A stretch of 64,000 nt of DNA from Alphaproteobacteria bacterium (GCA_965243135.1 OZ251539.1:4544001-4608000); one strand, 5' to 3'; positions 47,288 to 60,775 are shown, counted from the first letter of the stretch. Program-made: numbers and translations. Notes: generated from the sequence alone by a model not told the origin.

Positions 47288-48289
47288 ATGAAGGACGAAT
47301 CTGACTCCGGCGAGACGGTTGAAGCCGTCGTTCCGCCCGATGCGGCGGGCGAGCGCGTCGATCGCCTGCTTGCGGCCCTTCTGGCGGATCGCTCCCGTTC
47401 GGCGCTGAAACGCCTGATCGAGGAAGGATGCCTGACCAGCGGAGGCGAAACGATAGCGGAGCCCTCGCGCCGCGTCAAGCCGGGAGAAGCCCTGACGCTC
47501 CGCATACCGCCCGCCGCGGACCCCGAGCCCGCAGGCGAACGGATACCGTTGACGGTCGTTTTCGAAGACGAACATCTGATCGTGATCGAAAAGCCCGCCG
47601 GGCTGGTCGTCCATCCGGCGCCGGGAAACGAACGGGGCACGCTGGTCAACGCCCTGATCGCCCATTGCGGCGACAGTCTCAAGGGCATCGGCGGCGTCCG
47701 GCGGCCCGGCGTCGTCCACCGGCTGGACAAGGACACGAGTGGACTGATGGTCGCCGCCAAGACCGGACCGGCGCACGAAAGCCTGACCGCGCAGTTTTCG
47801 CGGCGCAGCATCGAGCGCCGGTACGCCGCATTCGTCTGGGGAGCGCCTCGTCCGCCGGAAGGCGAGATCGAGGGCAACATCGGACGCAGCGACCGCGACC
47901 GGAAGAAAATGGCCGTGCACCCGGCGCGAGGACGGCCGGCCCTCACGCGCTATCGGACGCTCGCCGTATTCGGCGGCGGCGCGGTCTCCCGCCTTGAATG
48001 CCGTCTCGCGACGGGCCGGACGCACCAAATCCGGGTGCATCTGGCGCACAAGGGGCATCCCGTTGTCGGAGATCCGGCGTACGGCGGCGGCGCGACCCGC
48101 GCGCGCAAGTCCGCGCTGCAACCCGAAGCGCTCGCGGCGGCGCTCGATCTTGGACGCCAGGCGCTTCACGCGGCGCGGCTCGGCTTCGTCCACCCGGCGA
48201 CCGGCGAGAAACTCGCGTTCGAGAGCGGCCTTCCGGCGGAAATCCGAAAATTCGAGGACGCCCTGACTGGAAATTTCGCTCGACGGTGA
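47288..48289 (+). CDS. rluD: 23S rRNA pseudouridine synthase, RluA/RluD family
   Basis: S4 domain, KPAGLVVHP, VHRLDKDTSG, TGRTHQIRVH. Confidence 0.95.
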   Translation: MKDESDSGETVEAVVPPDAAGERVDRLLAALLADRSRSALKRLIEEGCLTSGGETIAEPSRRVKPGEALTLRIPPAADPEPAGERIPLTVVFEDEHLIVIEKPAGLVVHPAPGNERGTLVNALIAHCGDSLKGIGGVRRPGVVHRLDKDTSGLMVAAKTGPAHESLTAQFSRRSIERRYAAFVWGAPRPPEGEIEGNIGRSDRDRKKMAVHPARGRPALTRYRTLAVFGGGAVSRLECRLATGRTHQIRVHLAHKGHPVVGDPAYGGGATRARKSALQPEALAAALDLGRQALHAARLGFVHPATGEKLAFESGLPAEIRKFEDALTGNFARR

Positions 48290-48359
48290 TTATATCCGCT
48301 TCATCGCCTGCAGGCGGAAACTCGCCCCGGACGGAGCGAAAGCACAAGGGCATGGAGTC

Positions 48360-49247
48360 ATGAACGCCAACCTCCAGCCGATTCCGGCACTCGATCCTGA
48401 CAGCAACCTGTCGCGCTATCTGAGGGACATCAGGAAATTTCCGGTCTTGGAACCGGAAGAAGAGTACACGCTCGCCAAGCGCTGGAAGGAGCGCGAGGAC
48501 GCGGACGCCGCCAAGGCGCTCGTGACCAGCCATCTCCGCCTGGTCGCCAAGATCGCGATGGGATATCGCGGCTACGGACTGCCTCTCGGCGAAATCATCT
48601 CCGAGGGAAACCTCGGCCTGATGCGGGCGGTTAAGCGCTTCGAGCCCGAGAAGGGATTCCGGCTGGCGACCTACGCGATGTGGTGGATCCGGGCGTCGAT
48701 CCAGGAATACATCCTGCGTTCCTGGTCGCTGGTGAAGATCGGCACGACGGCGGCCCAGAAAAAGCTCTTCTTCAACATTCGGCGGTTGAAAGGAGAGATC
48801 CAGGCCCTCGAGGAAGGCGATCTCAGCCCGGAGAACGTCGAGAAGATCGCGGCCCGGCTCGACGTCGGCGAGGACGACGTGATCAGCATGAACCGCCGGA
48901 TGACGGCGCCCGACTCTTCGCTCAACGCGCCGCTCCGCGTCGATTCGGAGGGAGAGTGGCAAGACTGGTTGGTCGACGAGACGGAAAATCAGGAAACCGC
49001 GCTCGCCGAGCGCGAGGAAGCGGAAGAACGCCATCGCCTGCTGACGGAGGCGATGGAGGTGCTGAGCGACAGGGAGCGCAAGATCCTGATCGCGCGGCGG
49101 CTGCAGGAAGAAGCATCGACGCTCGAAATTCTCAGCAAGGAGCACGGAGTGTCGCGGGAACGAATTCGTCAGATAGAAATGCGCGCCTTCCAGAAACTGC
49201 AGAAGGCGATCCGGTCGGCCTCCGTCAACGAACGCACCGCCGCCTGA
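48360..49247 (+). CDS. rpoH: Heat-shock sigma factor sigma32
   Basis: SHLRLV.KIA, FRLATYAMWWI, RpoH box QKKLFFNIRR. Confidence 0.96.
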   Translation: MNANLQPIPALDPDSNLSRYLRDIRKFPVLEPEEEYTLAKRWKEREDADAAKALVTSHLRLVAKIAMGYRGYGLPLGEIISEGNLGLMRAVKRFEPEKGFRLATYAMWWIRASIQEYILRSWSLVKIGTTAAQKKLFFNIRRLKGEIQALEEGDLSPENVEKIAARLDVGEDDVISMNRRMTAPDSSLNAPLRVDSEGEWQDWLVDETENQETALAEREEAEERHRLLTEAMEVLSDRERKILIARRLQEEASTLEILSKEHGVSRERIRQIEMRAFQKLQKAIRSASVNERTAA

Positions 49248-49323
49248 CGACCGCGCGTCACGGTCCTCCCTGGCGCTCGAAGCGCCGCGCTCTCGGACTC
49301 TCTCGCCGGCGCTGCCGGCGGCG

Positions 49324-51773
<2,450 letters not shown>

Positions 51774-51821
51774 CGGACGCTCCCGAGCGGTTTTCCTAGC
51801 GGCGACCGTGCGGCCCGGCGA

Positions 51822-53399
51822 TCAGAACGCAAGCGTCCGGGCCTGAACGACGCCGGGAATCCTGCGGAGCTCCTCGAGGATCCCGTCCGGCCACGCTCCG
51901 TCGATCTCGACCAGAGCCAAGGCGTCGCCGCCCGGCTCCGTCCGTCCGAGCTGGAACGTGGCTATGTTAACTCCCGCCTCGCCGAGCGTCATGCCGAAAC
52001 GCCCGATGAAGCCGGGCTTGTCCTTGTTGACGACGTAGAGCATGTTCCGTCCGAGTTCCGCTTCGACCAGGATCCGGTTGATCTCGACGATCCGGGGCTT
52101 GCCGCCCCCGAACAGCGTGCCCGCTATCCGGTGCGACCGGTCCTCGGTTTCGACCGCGAGACGAATCAGGGACTGGTACTCCTCGCTGCGCTCGTGCCGT
52201 ATCTCGGCGACGTCGATTCCGCGCTCGCGAGCGACGATCGGAGCATTGACCATATTGACGCCCGCCATGAGCGGCGACAGCAGCCCCTCGAGAAGGCAGC
52301 TCGTCGCCGGCCGGGTGTTTATCTCCGCGGCATGGCCCTCGTACTCGACGGTCACCGACCGCAGCCCGCTCTCGATTATCTGGCCGGCGAAACTGCCGAT
52401 CTGGTTCGCGAGCGCCATATAGGGCCTGACGGCCGGCGCGTCCTCGGCCGAAACCGAAGGCATGTTCAGCGCGTTGATCACGGCGCCCGTGTCGAGGTAG
52501 TCCGACATCTGCTCCGCGATCTGCAGGGCGACCTTTTCCTGGGCTTCGGTCGTCGCGGCGCCGAGATGCGGGGTCGCCACGACCTGGGGCATTCCGAACA
52601 GGCTGTAGTTCTCCGGAGGCTCTTCCGGATAAACGTCGACCGCGAAGCCGCCGACCTTGCCGCTCTCCAGCGCCGCCTTGACGTCGGCTTCGACCACCAG
52701 TTCTCCGCGCGCGCAATTCACGATCAGAACGCCGTCGCGCATTCGCGCGAAACTCTCCGCATTGAGGATTCCGGCGGTTTGTTCCGTAAGCGGCGTATGG
52801 AGCGTGATGACGTCGGCGCGCTCGAACAGCGACTCCGGCGTCACCTTTTCGACTCCCATCGCAGCCGCGCGTTCGGGAGTGAGGTAGGGATCGGACGCGA
52901 TAACCTTCATCTTCAGGCCGAGCGCGCGGTCCGCCACGATCGATCCGATGTTTCCGCAACCGACGATGCCAAGGGTTTTGCCGGTCAACTCCACGCCCAT
53001 GAAGCGCGACTTTTCCCAGCGGCCGGCGTGGGTGGACTGGTCGGCCCGCGGAATTCGGCGCGCCAGGGAAAACATCATGGCGATCGCATGTTCGGCCGTC
53101 GTGATCGAATTCCCGAACGGGGCGTTCATGACGACGACGCCGCGCTCGGAGGCCGCGGCGACATCGATGTTGTCGACGCCGATGCCGGCCCGCCCGACGA
53201 CCCGCAGCTTCTTCGCGGCGTCCAGCACGGCGGCCGTCACCCGGGTAGCGGAACGCACGGCAAGGCCGTCATATTCGCCGATTCGGGCGACCAGTTCTTC
53301 CGGAGCCATGCCGGTTGCGACATCCGCTTCGACTCCGCGCTCGCGGAAGATCTCGACCGCGCGCGGGCTCAGCTTGTCCGCGATCAGCACTCTAGCCAT
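51822..53399 (-). CDS. serA: D-3-phosphoglycerate dehydrogenase
   Basis: RAGIGVDN, GCGNIG, NCARG, TPHLGA; C-terminal ACT domain. Confidence 0.96.
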   Translation of the reverse strand: MARVLIADKLSPRAVEIFRERGVEADVATGMAPEELVARIGEYDGLAVRSATRVTAAVLDAAKKLRVVGRAGIGVDNIDVAAASERGVVVMNAPFGNSITTAEHAIAMMFSLARRIPRADQSTHAGRWEKSRFMGVELTGKTLGIVGCGNIGSIVADRALGLKMKVIASDPYLTPERAAAMGVEKVTPESLFERADVITLHTPLTEQTAGILNAESFARMRDGVLIVNCARGELVVEADVKAALESGKVGGFAVDVYPEEPPENYSLFGMPQVVATPHLGAATTEAQEKVALQIAEQMSDYLDTGAVINALNMPSVSAEDAPAVRPYMALANQIGSFAGQIIESGLRSVTVEYEGHAAEINTRPATSCLLEGLLSPLMAGVNMVNAPIVARERGIDVAEIRHERSEEYQSLIRLAVETEDRSHRIAGTLFGGGKPRIVEINRILVEAELGRNMLYVVNKDKPGFIGRFGMTLGEAGVNIATFQLGRTEPGGDALALVEIDGAWPDGILEELRRIPGVVQARTLAF

Positions 53400-53453
53400 G
53401 ATTTGCTCCCTGCGACGCCTTCGTTCATGCGGCTTCTGCGAAGTGCCGGAAGA

Positions 53454-54608
53454 TCATCCGGCCTCGGCTTTCGCGACGGAATAGGCCCAGTCCAGCCACG
53501 GGAACAGCGCCTCCAGATCGGACGTTTCGACCGTCGCGCCGGCCCATACCCGAAGTCCGGGCGGAGCGTCGCGGTAGGCGTTGACGTCGTATGCCGCTCC
53601 TTCCGCCGCGAGCAGCGCGTCGATTCTGGCGGGCACCTTCCGCTGCGCGTCCGGATCCAGCGTCGCGAACCAGGGGTCCGCGATTTTCAGGCACACCGAA
53701 GTGGACGATCGCCAGGACGGCTCGGCCGCCAGAAAATCCGCCCATCCCCCCGCCCAGGAAGCGATCGCCGCGAGATTCCTCTCGGCGCGCTCGACGAGCG
53801 CCGGCAGGCCGCCGATACGCTCGGCCCACTTCAAGCCGTCCAGCGCGTCCTCGACGCAGATCATCGAAGGCGTGTTGATCGTTTCGCCCCGAAAAATCCC
53901 CTCGATCAGCCGCCCCGACGAGGTCAGCCGGAAAATCTTGGGCAACGGCCACGGCGGCGCGTAGCTTTCGAGACGCTCGACCGCCCTCGGAGACAGGGCC
54001 AGCATTCCGTGCGCCGCTTCCCCGCCCAGAACCTTTTGCCACGACCACGTCACGACGTCGAGCTTGTCCCACGGCAGATTCATGGCGAAGGCCGCCGACG
54101 TCGCGTCGCAGATGGAAAGTCCCTCTCGTTCGGCGGGGATCCAGTCGCCGTCCGGAACGCGCACGCCCGACGTGGTGCCGTTCCAGGTGAACACGGCGTC
54201 GCGGGACGGGTCCCATTGACGGAAATCCGGCAGCTCTCCGTAAGGCGCCTCGAAGACGCGCGAATCTTCGAGTCGCAATTGCCGAACCGCATCGCCGACC
54301 CAGGTCGCGCCGAAGCTTTCCCACGCGAACAGGTCGACGCCGCGAGCGCCGAGCAACGACCAGAGAGCCATTTCGACCGCGCCCGTATCGGAAGCCGGCA
54401 CGATTCCCAGCCGGTAGTCGTCAGGCAGGCCCAGCAGGCTGCGGGACCGATCGATCACCTCGGCGAGTTTGGCCTTCCCGGGAGGCGAACGATGAGACCT
54501 CCCGGTGAACGCGCCGACGAGCGCGTCAGGAGACCAACCAGGACGTTTGGCGCAAGGACCGGAAGAAAAATGAGGAACGGCGGGGCGCCGCCCCGGCTTC
54601 GCTTTCAC
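53454..54608 (-). CDS. serC: Phosphoserine aminotransferase (Methanosarcina/alphaproteobacterial type)
   Basis: [39 protein letters not shown]. Confidence 0.95.
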   Translation of the reverse strand: MKAKPGRRPAVPHFSSGPCAKRPGWSPDALVGAFTGRSHRSPPGKAKLAEVIDRSRSLLGLPDDYRLGIVPASDTGAVEMALWSLLGARGVDLFAWESFGATWVGDAVRQLRLEDSRVFEAPYGELPDFRQWDPSRDAVFTWNGTTSGVRVPDGDWIPAEREGLSICDATSAAFAMNLPWDKLDVVTWSWQKVLGGEAAHGMLALSPRAVERLESYAPPWPLPKIFRLTSSGRLIEGIFRGETINTPSMICVEDALDGLKWAERIGGLPALVERAERNLAAIASWAGGWADFLAAEPSWRSSTSVCLKIADPWFATLDPDAQRKVPARIDALLAAEGAAYDVNAYRDAPPGLRVWAGATVETSDLEALFPWLDWAYSVAKAEAG

Positions 54609-54616
54609 AATGAACG

Positions 54617-54664
54617 CCTCCCCCTTTCAGAAGAGCTGCGATCCGTTGGGAGATCGTGGCCCGC
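54617..54664 (-). ncRNA. serC leader RNA motif (alphaproteobacterial cis-regulatory element)
   Basis: Minus strand: hairpin CGATCT-CCCAAC-GGATCG, then hairpin CTCTTCT-GAA-AGGGGGAG covering the SD, directly upstream of serC. Confidence 0.75.
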
Positions 54665-54918
54665 CCGGAATCTTAGGGGGCGGAACGAAGAAAACAATAT
54701 GCCGCGAACGTTTTTCGAGGCGCCGTCCGAACCGGAAAAATCGCCCGGCGCGTCCCGTGCGGGCGGACGCGACGACCTGCGCCGCAAAACCGCGGCTTCG
54801 CGACGGCCTCCCGAACCGCTTGCATGACACGGGACCGCGCGTTCACAATGAAGCGCTTGTCTTCAGGCGTTCCGCGGCCGCTCGCCGCGAACGGACCACG
54901 GAGGGGCGCGACGGCGGA

Positions 54919-55590
54919 ATGGACGATCGACCGCATATCCTCGTGGTGGACGACGATTCCCGCCTGTGCGGATTGCTCGACCGCTATCTCGGAGAAAACG
55001 GCTTCCGGGTGACCACCGCCAACGACGCGGCCGAGGCCCGCGCCCGGATGCGCGGCATCGAATTCGACCTGCTCGTTCTGGACGTGATGATGCCGGGCGA
55101 GGACGGATTGTCCCTGACTCAGTCCCTGCGCGCCAGCTCGCAGCTTCCGATCCTGCTTCTCACCGCCATGGCGGAACCGGAAGAGCGCATACGCGGCCTC
55201 GAACGCGGCGCGGACGACTACCTGACGAAACCCTTCGAACCCAGAGAGCTCGTCCTCCGCATTCTGTCGATCCTGCGCCGAGTAGGGTCGGCGGAGGATT
55301 CGGTCAGATTCGGCGACTGCGTCTACGATGCGGCGCGGCGGCGGCTGACGCGCGACGACGCGATCGTCCAGCTGACCACCATCGAGACGACCCTGCTGTC
55401 CGTGCTCGCGCGCAGTCCCGGCGCCACGCTGTCCCGCGAGGAACTGGTGCGGCGATGCGGGATCGACGGGACGGACCGCACCGTCGACGTGCAGGTGACG
55501 CGCCTGCGGCGCAAGATCGAACCGAATCCGCGCGCGCCGCGGTATCTGCAGACCGTTAGAGGCGAAGGCTATGTCCTGCACCCCGACTGA
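54919..55590 (+). CDS. ompR: OmpR-family response regulator
   Basis: VDDD, LDVMMPGEDG, RTVDVQVTRLRRKIE. Confidence 0.9.
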   Translation: MDDRPHILVVDDDSRLCGLLDRYLGENGFRVTTANDAAEARARMRGIEFDLLVLDVMMPGEDGLSLTQSLRASSQLPILLLTAMAEPEERIRGLERGADDYLTKPFEPRELVLRILSILRRVGSAEDSVRFGDCVYDAARRRLTRDDAIVQLTTIETTLLSVLARSPGATLSREELVRRCGIDGTDRTVDVQVTRLRRKIEPNPRAPRYLQTVRGEGYVLHPD

Positions 55591-55611
55591 CGCGATGGCG
55601 AGGGACCGCGA

Positions 55612-56922
55612 ATGAAGGCCGTTCGCGCGGGCGCCAAGCGCTACTTGCCGAAATCGCTGCTCGGGCGCTCGATCATGATCATCATCGCGCCTCTGATCGT
55701 GCTGCAGATCGTCTCGACGTGGATCTTCTACGACCGGCACTGGGACACCATCACCCGCCGGCTGGCCGGCGCCGTCGCCGGGGAAATCGGGCTGGTCGTC
55801 GACGCCCACGCCAGGCTCGAAGATCCCGCCACCGCCCGATGGATGACCGAATCGATCCGGAAACTCGGAATCGCCGTCGGTTTCCGCGCCGGAGACGCGC
55901 TGCCCGAAGCGCCTCAGGCCGTCGGCAGCGGCATCCTCGACGCCCGGTTGACGAAAGCGATGCGCAGCGCCGTGGGGCGTCCGTTCCGGATCGACACGTG
56001 GAAGCACGAAGGGCAGGTTCGGATACAGGTGCAGATGCCCGAGGGCGTCATGGAATTCACGGTTCCGCGCAAGCGCCTGTTCAGTTCGACCACCTACATA
56101 TTCGTCATGTGGATGGTCGGGACCTCGCTGCTTCTGTTCGCGGTCGCGACGGTCTTCATGCGCAACCAGGTGCGGCCGATCCAGCGGCTGGCGGCGGCCG
56201 TCGACAGCTTCGGGAAGCGGCGCGAGGCGCCCGACTTCAAGCCCGAGGGCGCCACCGAAATCCGGCTGGCCGCGCAGGCGTTCGAACGCATGCGAAACCG
56301 CATACAGAACGCGATGGCGCAGCGCACGGAAATGCTCGCGGGCATCTCGCACGACCTGAGAACGCCGTTGACCCGAATGAAGATCCAGCTCGAGATGCTC
56401 GGGGATTCGGCGGCCGCGGACGCGCTCAGGACCGATCTGCACGAAATGGAGATCATGGTCGAGGAATTCCTGGATTTCGCCCGCGGCGAGGGAACGGAGG
56501 AAGTGGTCGATACGGACGCCGGCGAGATCGTAAGGTCGGTGGCCGCGCAGGCGGACCGGGTCGAGGCCGAAACGGTCGGCGACCTCAGGGTGTCCGTCAG
56601 GCCCAACGCGCTGCGGCGCTGCCTGACCAACCTGGTGACCAACGCGCTCACCCACGCGCAATCGGTCCGCATATCGGCGCGGCGCCTGCCCGCCCGGATC
56701 GAGTTTTTCGTCGACGACGACGGACCCGGCATTCCCGAAGCGGAGCGCGAATCGGTCTTCAAGCCCTTCTACCGGTTGGACGCGTCGCGCAACCCGAATA
56801 CCGGAGGCACCGGGCTGGGGCTTTCGATAGCCCGCGACGTGGCGCGGGGGCACGGCGGCGACGTGATTCTCGAGACCTCGCCGCTCGGCGGGGTGAGAGC
56901 GACCGTCAGGCTGCCCGTTTGA
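55612..56922 (+). CDS. envZ: EnvZ-like sensor histidine kinase
   Basis: LPKSLLGRS, FYDRHW, RNQVRPI, SHDLRTPL, DDGPG, GTGLGL. Confidence 0.9.
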   Translation: MKAVRAGAKRYLPKSLLGRSIMIIIAPLIVLQIVSTWIFYDRHWDTITRRLAGAVAGEIGLVVDAHARLEDPATARWMTESIRKLGIAVGFRAGDALPEAPQAVGSGILDARLTKAMRSAVGRPFRIDTWKHEGQVRIQVQMPEGVMEFTVPRKRLFSSTTYIFVMWMVGTSLLLFAVATVFMRNQVRPIQRLAAAVDSFGKRREAPDFKPEGATEIRLAAQAFERMRNRIQNAMAQRTEMLAGISHDLRTPLTRMKIQLEMLGDSAAADALRTDLHEMEIMVEEFLDFARGEGTEEVVDTDAGEIVRSVAAQADRVEAETVGDLRVSVRPNALRRCLTNLVTNALTHAQSVRISARRLPARIEFFVDDDGPGIPEAERESVFKPFYRLDASRNPNTGGTGLGLSIARDVARGHGGDVILETSPLGGVRATVRLPV

Positions 56923-56949
56923 AGGGCGTCCCGGCGGGCCGGGCGGGCT

Positions 56950-57285
56950 TCAAAACAATCTTGCGCCGTCGGCGACCTTCCGGTCGACGCTCGCGAGAAC
57001 CACCTCGCCGTCCTCGTCGGGAAAACCCAGCACGAGCACTTCGGACATGAACTTTCCGATCTGTTTCGGCGCGAAATTGACGACGGCCGCGACCTGGCGG
57101 CCGGGCAGGGATTCGGGCGAATAGTGACGGACGATCTGGGCGGACGTCTTTTTCTCGCCGATCTCCGGCCCGAAATCGATCCACAGCTTGACGGCCGGCT
57201 TGCGCGCCTCGGGAAACGCTTCGGCGCGCGTCACCGTTCCGGCCCGGATATCGACCTTGAGAAAATCGGCGAAGTCTATCGTCAT
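56950..57285 (-). CDS. csaA: tRNA-binding/chaperone protein CsaA
   Basis: [37 protein letters not shown]. Confidence 0.92.
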   Translation of the reverse strand: MTIDFADFLKVDIRAGTVTRAEAFPEARKPAVKLWIDFGPEIGEKKTSAQIVRHYSPESLPGRQVAAVVNFAPKQIGKFMSEVLVLGFPDEDGEVVLASVDRKVADGARLF

Positions 57286-57341
57286 CTTGCGGAGACCGCC
57301 CGGGCGCCGACGGGAGGAAAGGACGGCGCCCGGGCGGCGGG

Positions 57342-57788
57342 CTACGCCTTGGTGGCGGTCTTGCCGCCGCCGCCGGCGTAGGAAGCGATTTCGCCGAGTC
57401 CTTCGGACCACCGCTTGGAAACGATTTCGACGGCTTCGGAGGTCGCCTTCGACACCGTCGCCTGCGCTTCCCGCGCGCTCGACAGCCCGTCCGCGAAGAC
57501 GGCCTTGGCGAATGCCGCCTGCTTCCCGAACTTCGCCGCGGGCTCCTGTTCGGTCATGACGTCCTGGACCATCGCGCCGGTCTTCTCGGCCGTTGCCTGC
57601 CAGAGCGAGACCTGCTTCTCGGCGACCGCCTGCCATCCTTCGATCGCGGTCTTGTTGGCGCGGTTGAACGCCTGGATATTCTTCTGCTGCGCCGCGATCA
57701 CGGCGTCGGCGTCGGGAACCTTGAAGTCCGACCAGATCTTGGCGAACTGGGGAAACGGCGCACTCTCCGTTTTCTGGGTGGCGGCCAT
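57342..57788 (-). CDS. phaP: Phasin (PHA granule protein)
   Basis: [17 protein letters not shown]; Ala/Lys/Gln-rich helical protein; PhaR-like boxes upstream. Confidence 0.85.
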   Translation of the reverse strand: MAATQKTESAPFPQFAKIWSDFKVPDADAVIAAQQKNIQAFNRANKTAIEGWQAVAEKQVSLWQATAEKTGAMVQDVMTEQEPAAKFGKQAAFAKAVFADGLSSAREAQATVSKATSEAVEIVSKRWSEGLGEIASYAGGGGKTATKA

Positions 57789-57809
57789 GGAAATTCTCCT
57801 GCGATTATG

Positions 57810-57873
57810 TTGCGGCGCAATATATCATGCGTGCAGCGCAGCATGTCAACCGTTTTTTTTTGTTGCGGCGCAA
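57810..57873. promoter_or_regulatory. PhaR-type operator array overlapping the phasin promoter
   Basis: TGC-N3-GCA three times (57811, 57832, 57864); minus-strand TTGACA at 57844-57849. Confidence 0.7.
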
Positions 57874-57980
57874 AAAATTTTCGCGGATCGCGTCCGCCCG
57901 GACACGAGGCGTTTCGAAAACCTGCAAAGACCGCTGCGGCGCGCATGCCGCGGCGTTCCGCGGCCGCGACAGGCGGCGCC

Positions 57981-58565
57981 CTACGCGTTCCCGCGGCGGT
58001 CCAGCAGACGGAGCAGGGACTCCGCCCGCCTGAGGTTCCTGTCGAGGCTGGCCGCGGTCGACGACAGATCCTCCGTTTCGTCGCGGAGCCACACCTGGAA
58101 GGACGACGCGAATATCGCCGCCAACCCCTTCACGCGCAGCATCCCGGCAGGTCCGGACGCGCCGACCCCGGCAGCTTCGAGCGACCAGGCCATCGCGTTG
58201 CCGAAAGACGGCGCCATGCACAGCACCGTCGCCGGATCGCGAACGAACGAACGTATGGCCTCCCTGTGCTTGCGGAGCGCATCGAACCGCCGGAGCATCA
58301 CGTCGAGCAGCCGCTCCCGGACCGGCTCGCCGGAATCGGCGGGATCGTGCCCTTTCAGCACCTCGCGGTCCACGCGCCGGACCAAGGCCCGCAGGAAAGC
58401 GGTTTTGGCAGGGTACAGGTCGTAGACCCTGTCGAGGGTCGCGCCGGCGCGCGACGCGATCATCTCCATCGTCACTTCGCGCCAAGGCATTTCACCGGCG
58501 AGCGCGAGAGCCGCATCCAGAATCCGGTCGGCCCCCGGCGCGCGCCTGACAGGTTGTGCGGACAT
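57981..58565 (-). CDS. TetR-like transcriptional regulator
   Basis: RILDAALALA..W..VT...IA, RERLLDVMLRRFDAL, VWLRD..DLS.T.A.LD. Confidence 0.85.
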   Translation of the reverse strand: MSAQPVRRAPGADRILDAALALAGEMPWREVTMEMIASRAGATLDRVYDLYPAKTAFLRALVRRVDREVLKGHDPADSGEPVRERLLDVMLRRFDALRKHREAIRSFVRDPATVLCMAPSFGNAMAWSLEAAGVGASGPAGMLRVKGLAAIFASSFQVWLRDETEDLSSTAASLDRNLRRAESLLRLLDRRGNA

Positions 58566-58659
58566 CGCGCCACTCCGTATCGTCTGCTATTATATACGCT
58601 TGCGGCGGCCGCGAAAACCTTGCACGATATTTTTCGAACCGCGTTGCGGGAGCCAGACG

Positions 58660-59448
58660 ATGCGAGCGATCCTGCCTGCGAGCCTTGCCGAAGCGTTGAG
58701 GCGAACTCCGCTTCTGTCGGCGGCGGAGGAAAGGGAATTGTTCCGGCGCTTGCGGCGCGGCGACCGCCGGGCGCGCGAACGGCTCCTTCTCAGCCAGCTT
58801 CGATACGTCATCGGAATCGCGCGCCGGTACCGGCACCACGGCTGCCCTCTCTCCGACCTGATTCAGGAGGGCGTGGTCGGCCTTCTGGAGGCGATCAAGC
58901 GCTTCAACCCCGACAAGGGGGTGCGGTTGTCGACATTCGCCATGTGGTGGGTGCGCGCCGCGATCCAGGACTACGTCATCCGGTCGCGCTCGATCGTGCG
59001 CAAGGCGACCACCCCGCGCCACCGGTCGATGTTCTTCAACCGCGCTCTAGCGGACGTCGACGCGTCCGACGTCGCCCGCCGGCTGGCGAAACGCTTCAAC
59101 ACGACGGTCGACGACGTGCGCTCCTTCTCCGTCAGAATGCGCCATCACGACCGGTCGCTCGACGAAGTCGCGTCCGGCGGCGCGCCGTTCGGCGCGTCGC
59201 TGCCGGATCCGACGCCGGATCCGGAAACGCAACTCGCGACCAAGCGCGAACGCACGGCGCTCCTCGAACGGCTACGAGCCGCGCTTCCCTCGCTGACGCG
59301 GCGCGAGCGCCATATACTGCGCCGCCGCCTGCTGTCGGACAAACGCGACAGTTTCGCCAAGATCGCGCGCGACCTCGGGCTGTCCAAGGAACGGGTTCGG
59401 CAGCTGGAGAACAAGGCGTTGCGCAAGTTGCGCGCCGCCTGCGCCTGA
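58660..59448 (+). CDS. Second, divergent RpoH-like sigma70-family factor
   Basis: LSAAEERE, DLIQEG..GL, RLSTFAMWWVRAAIQDY, LGLSKERVRQLE. Confidence 0.88.
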   Translation: MRAILPASLAEALRRTPLLSAAEERELFRRLRRGDRRARERLLLSQLRYVIGIARRYRHHGCPLSDLIQEGVVGLLEAIKRFNPDKGVRLSTFAMWWVRAAIQDYVIRSRSIVRKATTPRHRSMFFNRALADVDASDVARRLAKRFNTTVDDVRSFSVRMRHHDRSLDEVASGGAPFGASLPDPTPDPETQLATKRERTALLERLRAALPSLTRRERHILRRRLLSDKRDSFAKIARDLGLSKERVRQLENKALRKLRAACA

Positions 59449-59479
59449 GGCGTCGCCCGCAGCCGGGGGCCACGGCGGT

Positions 59480-60274
59480 TCAGCCGGCGAGCTCCCGCGA
59501 CCGCCGCGTCGCCGCCTCCACCGCGCGGGCCATGAGCGGCGCGAGTCCGTCGCTGGCCATCAGGCATTCGAGCGCGGCCGCTGTGGTGCCGCCCGGACTG
59601 GTCACGTTTTGCCGCAGCGCACCCGCTTCCTCCTGCGATCGCCGCGCCAGTTCCCCGGCCCCCGCGACGGTGGCGCGCGCGAGGCGCGAGGCGACCTGCG
59701 GAGGCAATCCCTGCTCCTCGCCAGCGCGCGCAAGGCATTCGATCAGGAGAAACACGTACGCCGGCCCGCTCCCGGAGACGGCGGTAACCGGATCGATCAA
59801 CGCTTCGTCGTCGATCCAGACGACCTCCCCGACCGCCTCGAGCAGGCGCTCGCAGGCCGAACGCTGGGCCGTTGTCACGCAGGCGTTCGGACAAGCCGCC
59901 GTGATGCCCCGACCAACGGCGGCAGGCGTATTGGGCATCGCCCGCACCACGGCCGCGTCCGCGCCGAGATGGGCCCCGAAGAACGCGATGGGTCGACCGG
60001 CCGCGATCGACAGCGCGACCGCGCCGGCCTTCGACGCCTCGCGGTAGCGAGGCACGATCGCGTCCATGCCTTGAGGCTTCACGGCGAAGACGACGACGTC
60101 GGGCGCGAAATCGGACGGCACGTCCCCGGAATCCTTCACCACCGGCGCGCCTAGCGACGCGAGCTCCGGCGCCGGAGCGGGCTCCACCACGACGATGTTC
60201 GCGGGCGTCCCGGCCAGCCATCCGCGCAGCAGCGCGCCGCCCATCTTGCCGCAACCGACGAGCAGAACGTTCAT
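59480..60274 (-). CDS. proC: Pyrroline-5-carboxylate reductase
   Basis: GCGKMG, AVKPQ, RAMPNTP, SGSGPAY, VTSPGGTT. Confidence 0.96.
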   Translation of the reverse strand: MNVLLVGCGKMGGALLRGWLAGTPANIVVVEPAPAPELASLGAPVVKDSGDVPSDFAPDVVVFAVKPQGMDAIVPRYREASKAGAVALSIAAGRPIAFFGAHLGADAAVVRAMPNTPAAVGRGITAACPNACVTTAQRSACERLLEAVGEVVWIDDEALIDPVTAVSGSGPAYVFLLIECLARAGEEQGLPPQVASRLARATVAGAGELARRSQEEAGALRQNVTSPGGTTAAALECLMASDGLAPLMARAVEAATRRSRELAG

Positions 60275-60277
60275 GGA

Positions 60278-60775
60278 TCAGGCTTCCCCGACGGTTTCGA
60301 ACATCGCCGACGCGATCGCTTCTTCCGGCTTCTTGCCGCCCCAAATGACCAGCTGAAACGCAGGGTAATACCGTTCGCATTCGGCGACGGCGATCTCGAC
60401 GATGTCCTCGACCTGCTCGAGGCTGACGGCGGACGCGCCGCGCAGCAGCAACGCATGGCGGAACACCGGCTGACCGTCGGCCGACCACAGATCGAAATGC
60501 CCGACCAGCAGGCGCTGGTTGATTATGGCGAGCAGCGGATGGACCGACGCCGACTTTCCGCCGGGAACCTTCATGTCGAAAGCGAAGGCGAATAGAAGCG
60601 CCGCCTGGTCCGGGTGAGACGAAACGAACATCTGGTAGTCGCACCAGCGGCCGACGACATGAACGGAGATGTCCTCGTCGCCGGACCGGTCGTATTGCCA
60701 GTCGCGATGCATGGCGACCTGCTCGACGAGATCGAGCGGGCTGCCCCGCGATAATTCTCCAGCGAGCGTCGCCAT
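60278..60775 (-). CDS. YbjN-domain protein
   Basis: PLDLVEQ, GHFDLW, ECERYYPAFQ, FETVGEA; conserved upstream of proC. Confidence 0.9.
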   Translation of the reverse strand: MATLAGELSRGSPLDLVEQVAMHRDWQYDRSGDEDISVHVVGRWCDYQMFVSSHPDQAALLFAFAFDMKVPGGKSASVHPLLAIINQRLLVGHFDLWSADGQPVFRHALLLRGASAVSLEQVEDIVEIAVAECERYYPAFQLVIWGGKKPEEAIASAMFETVGEA

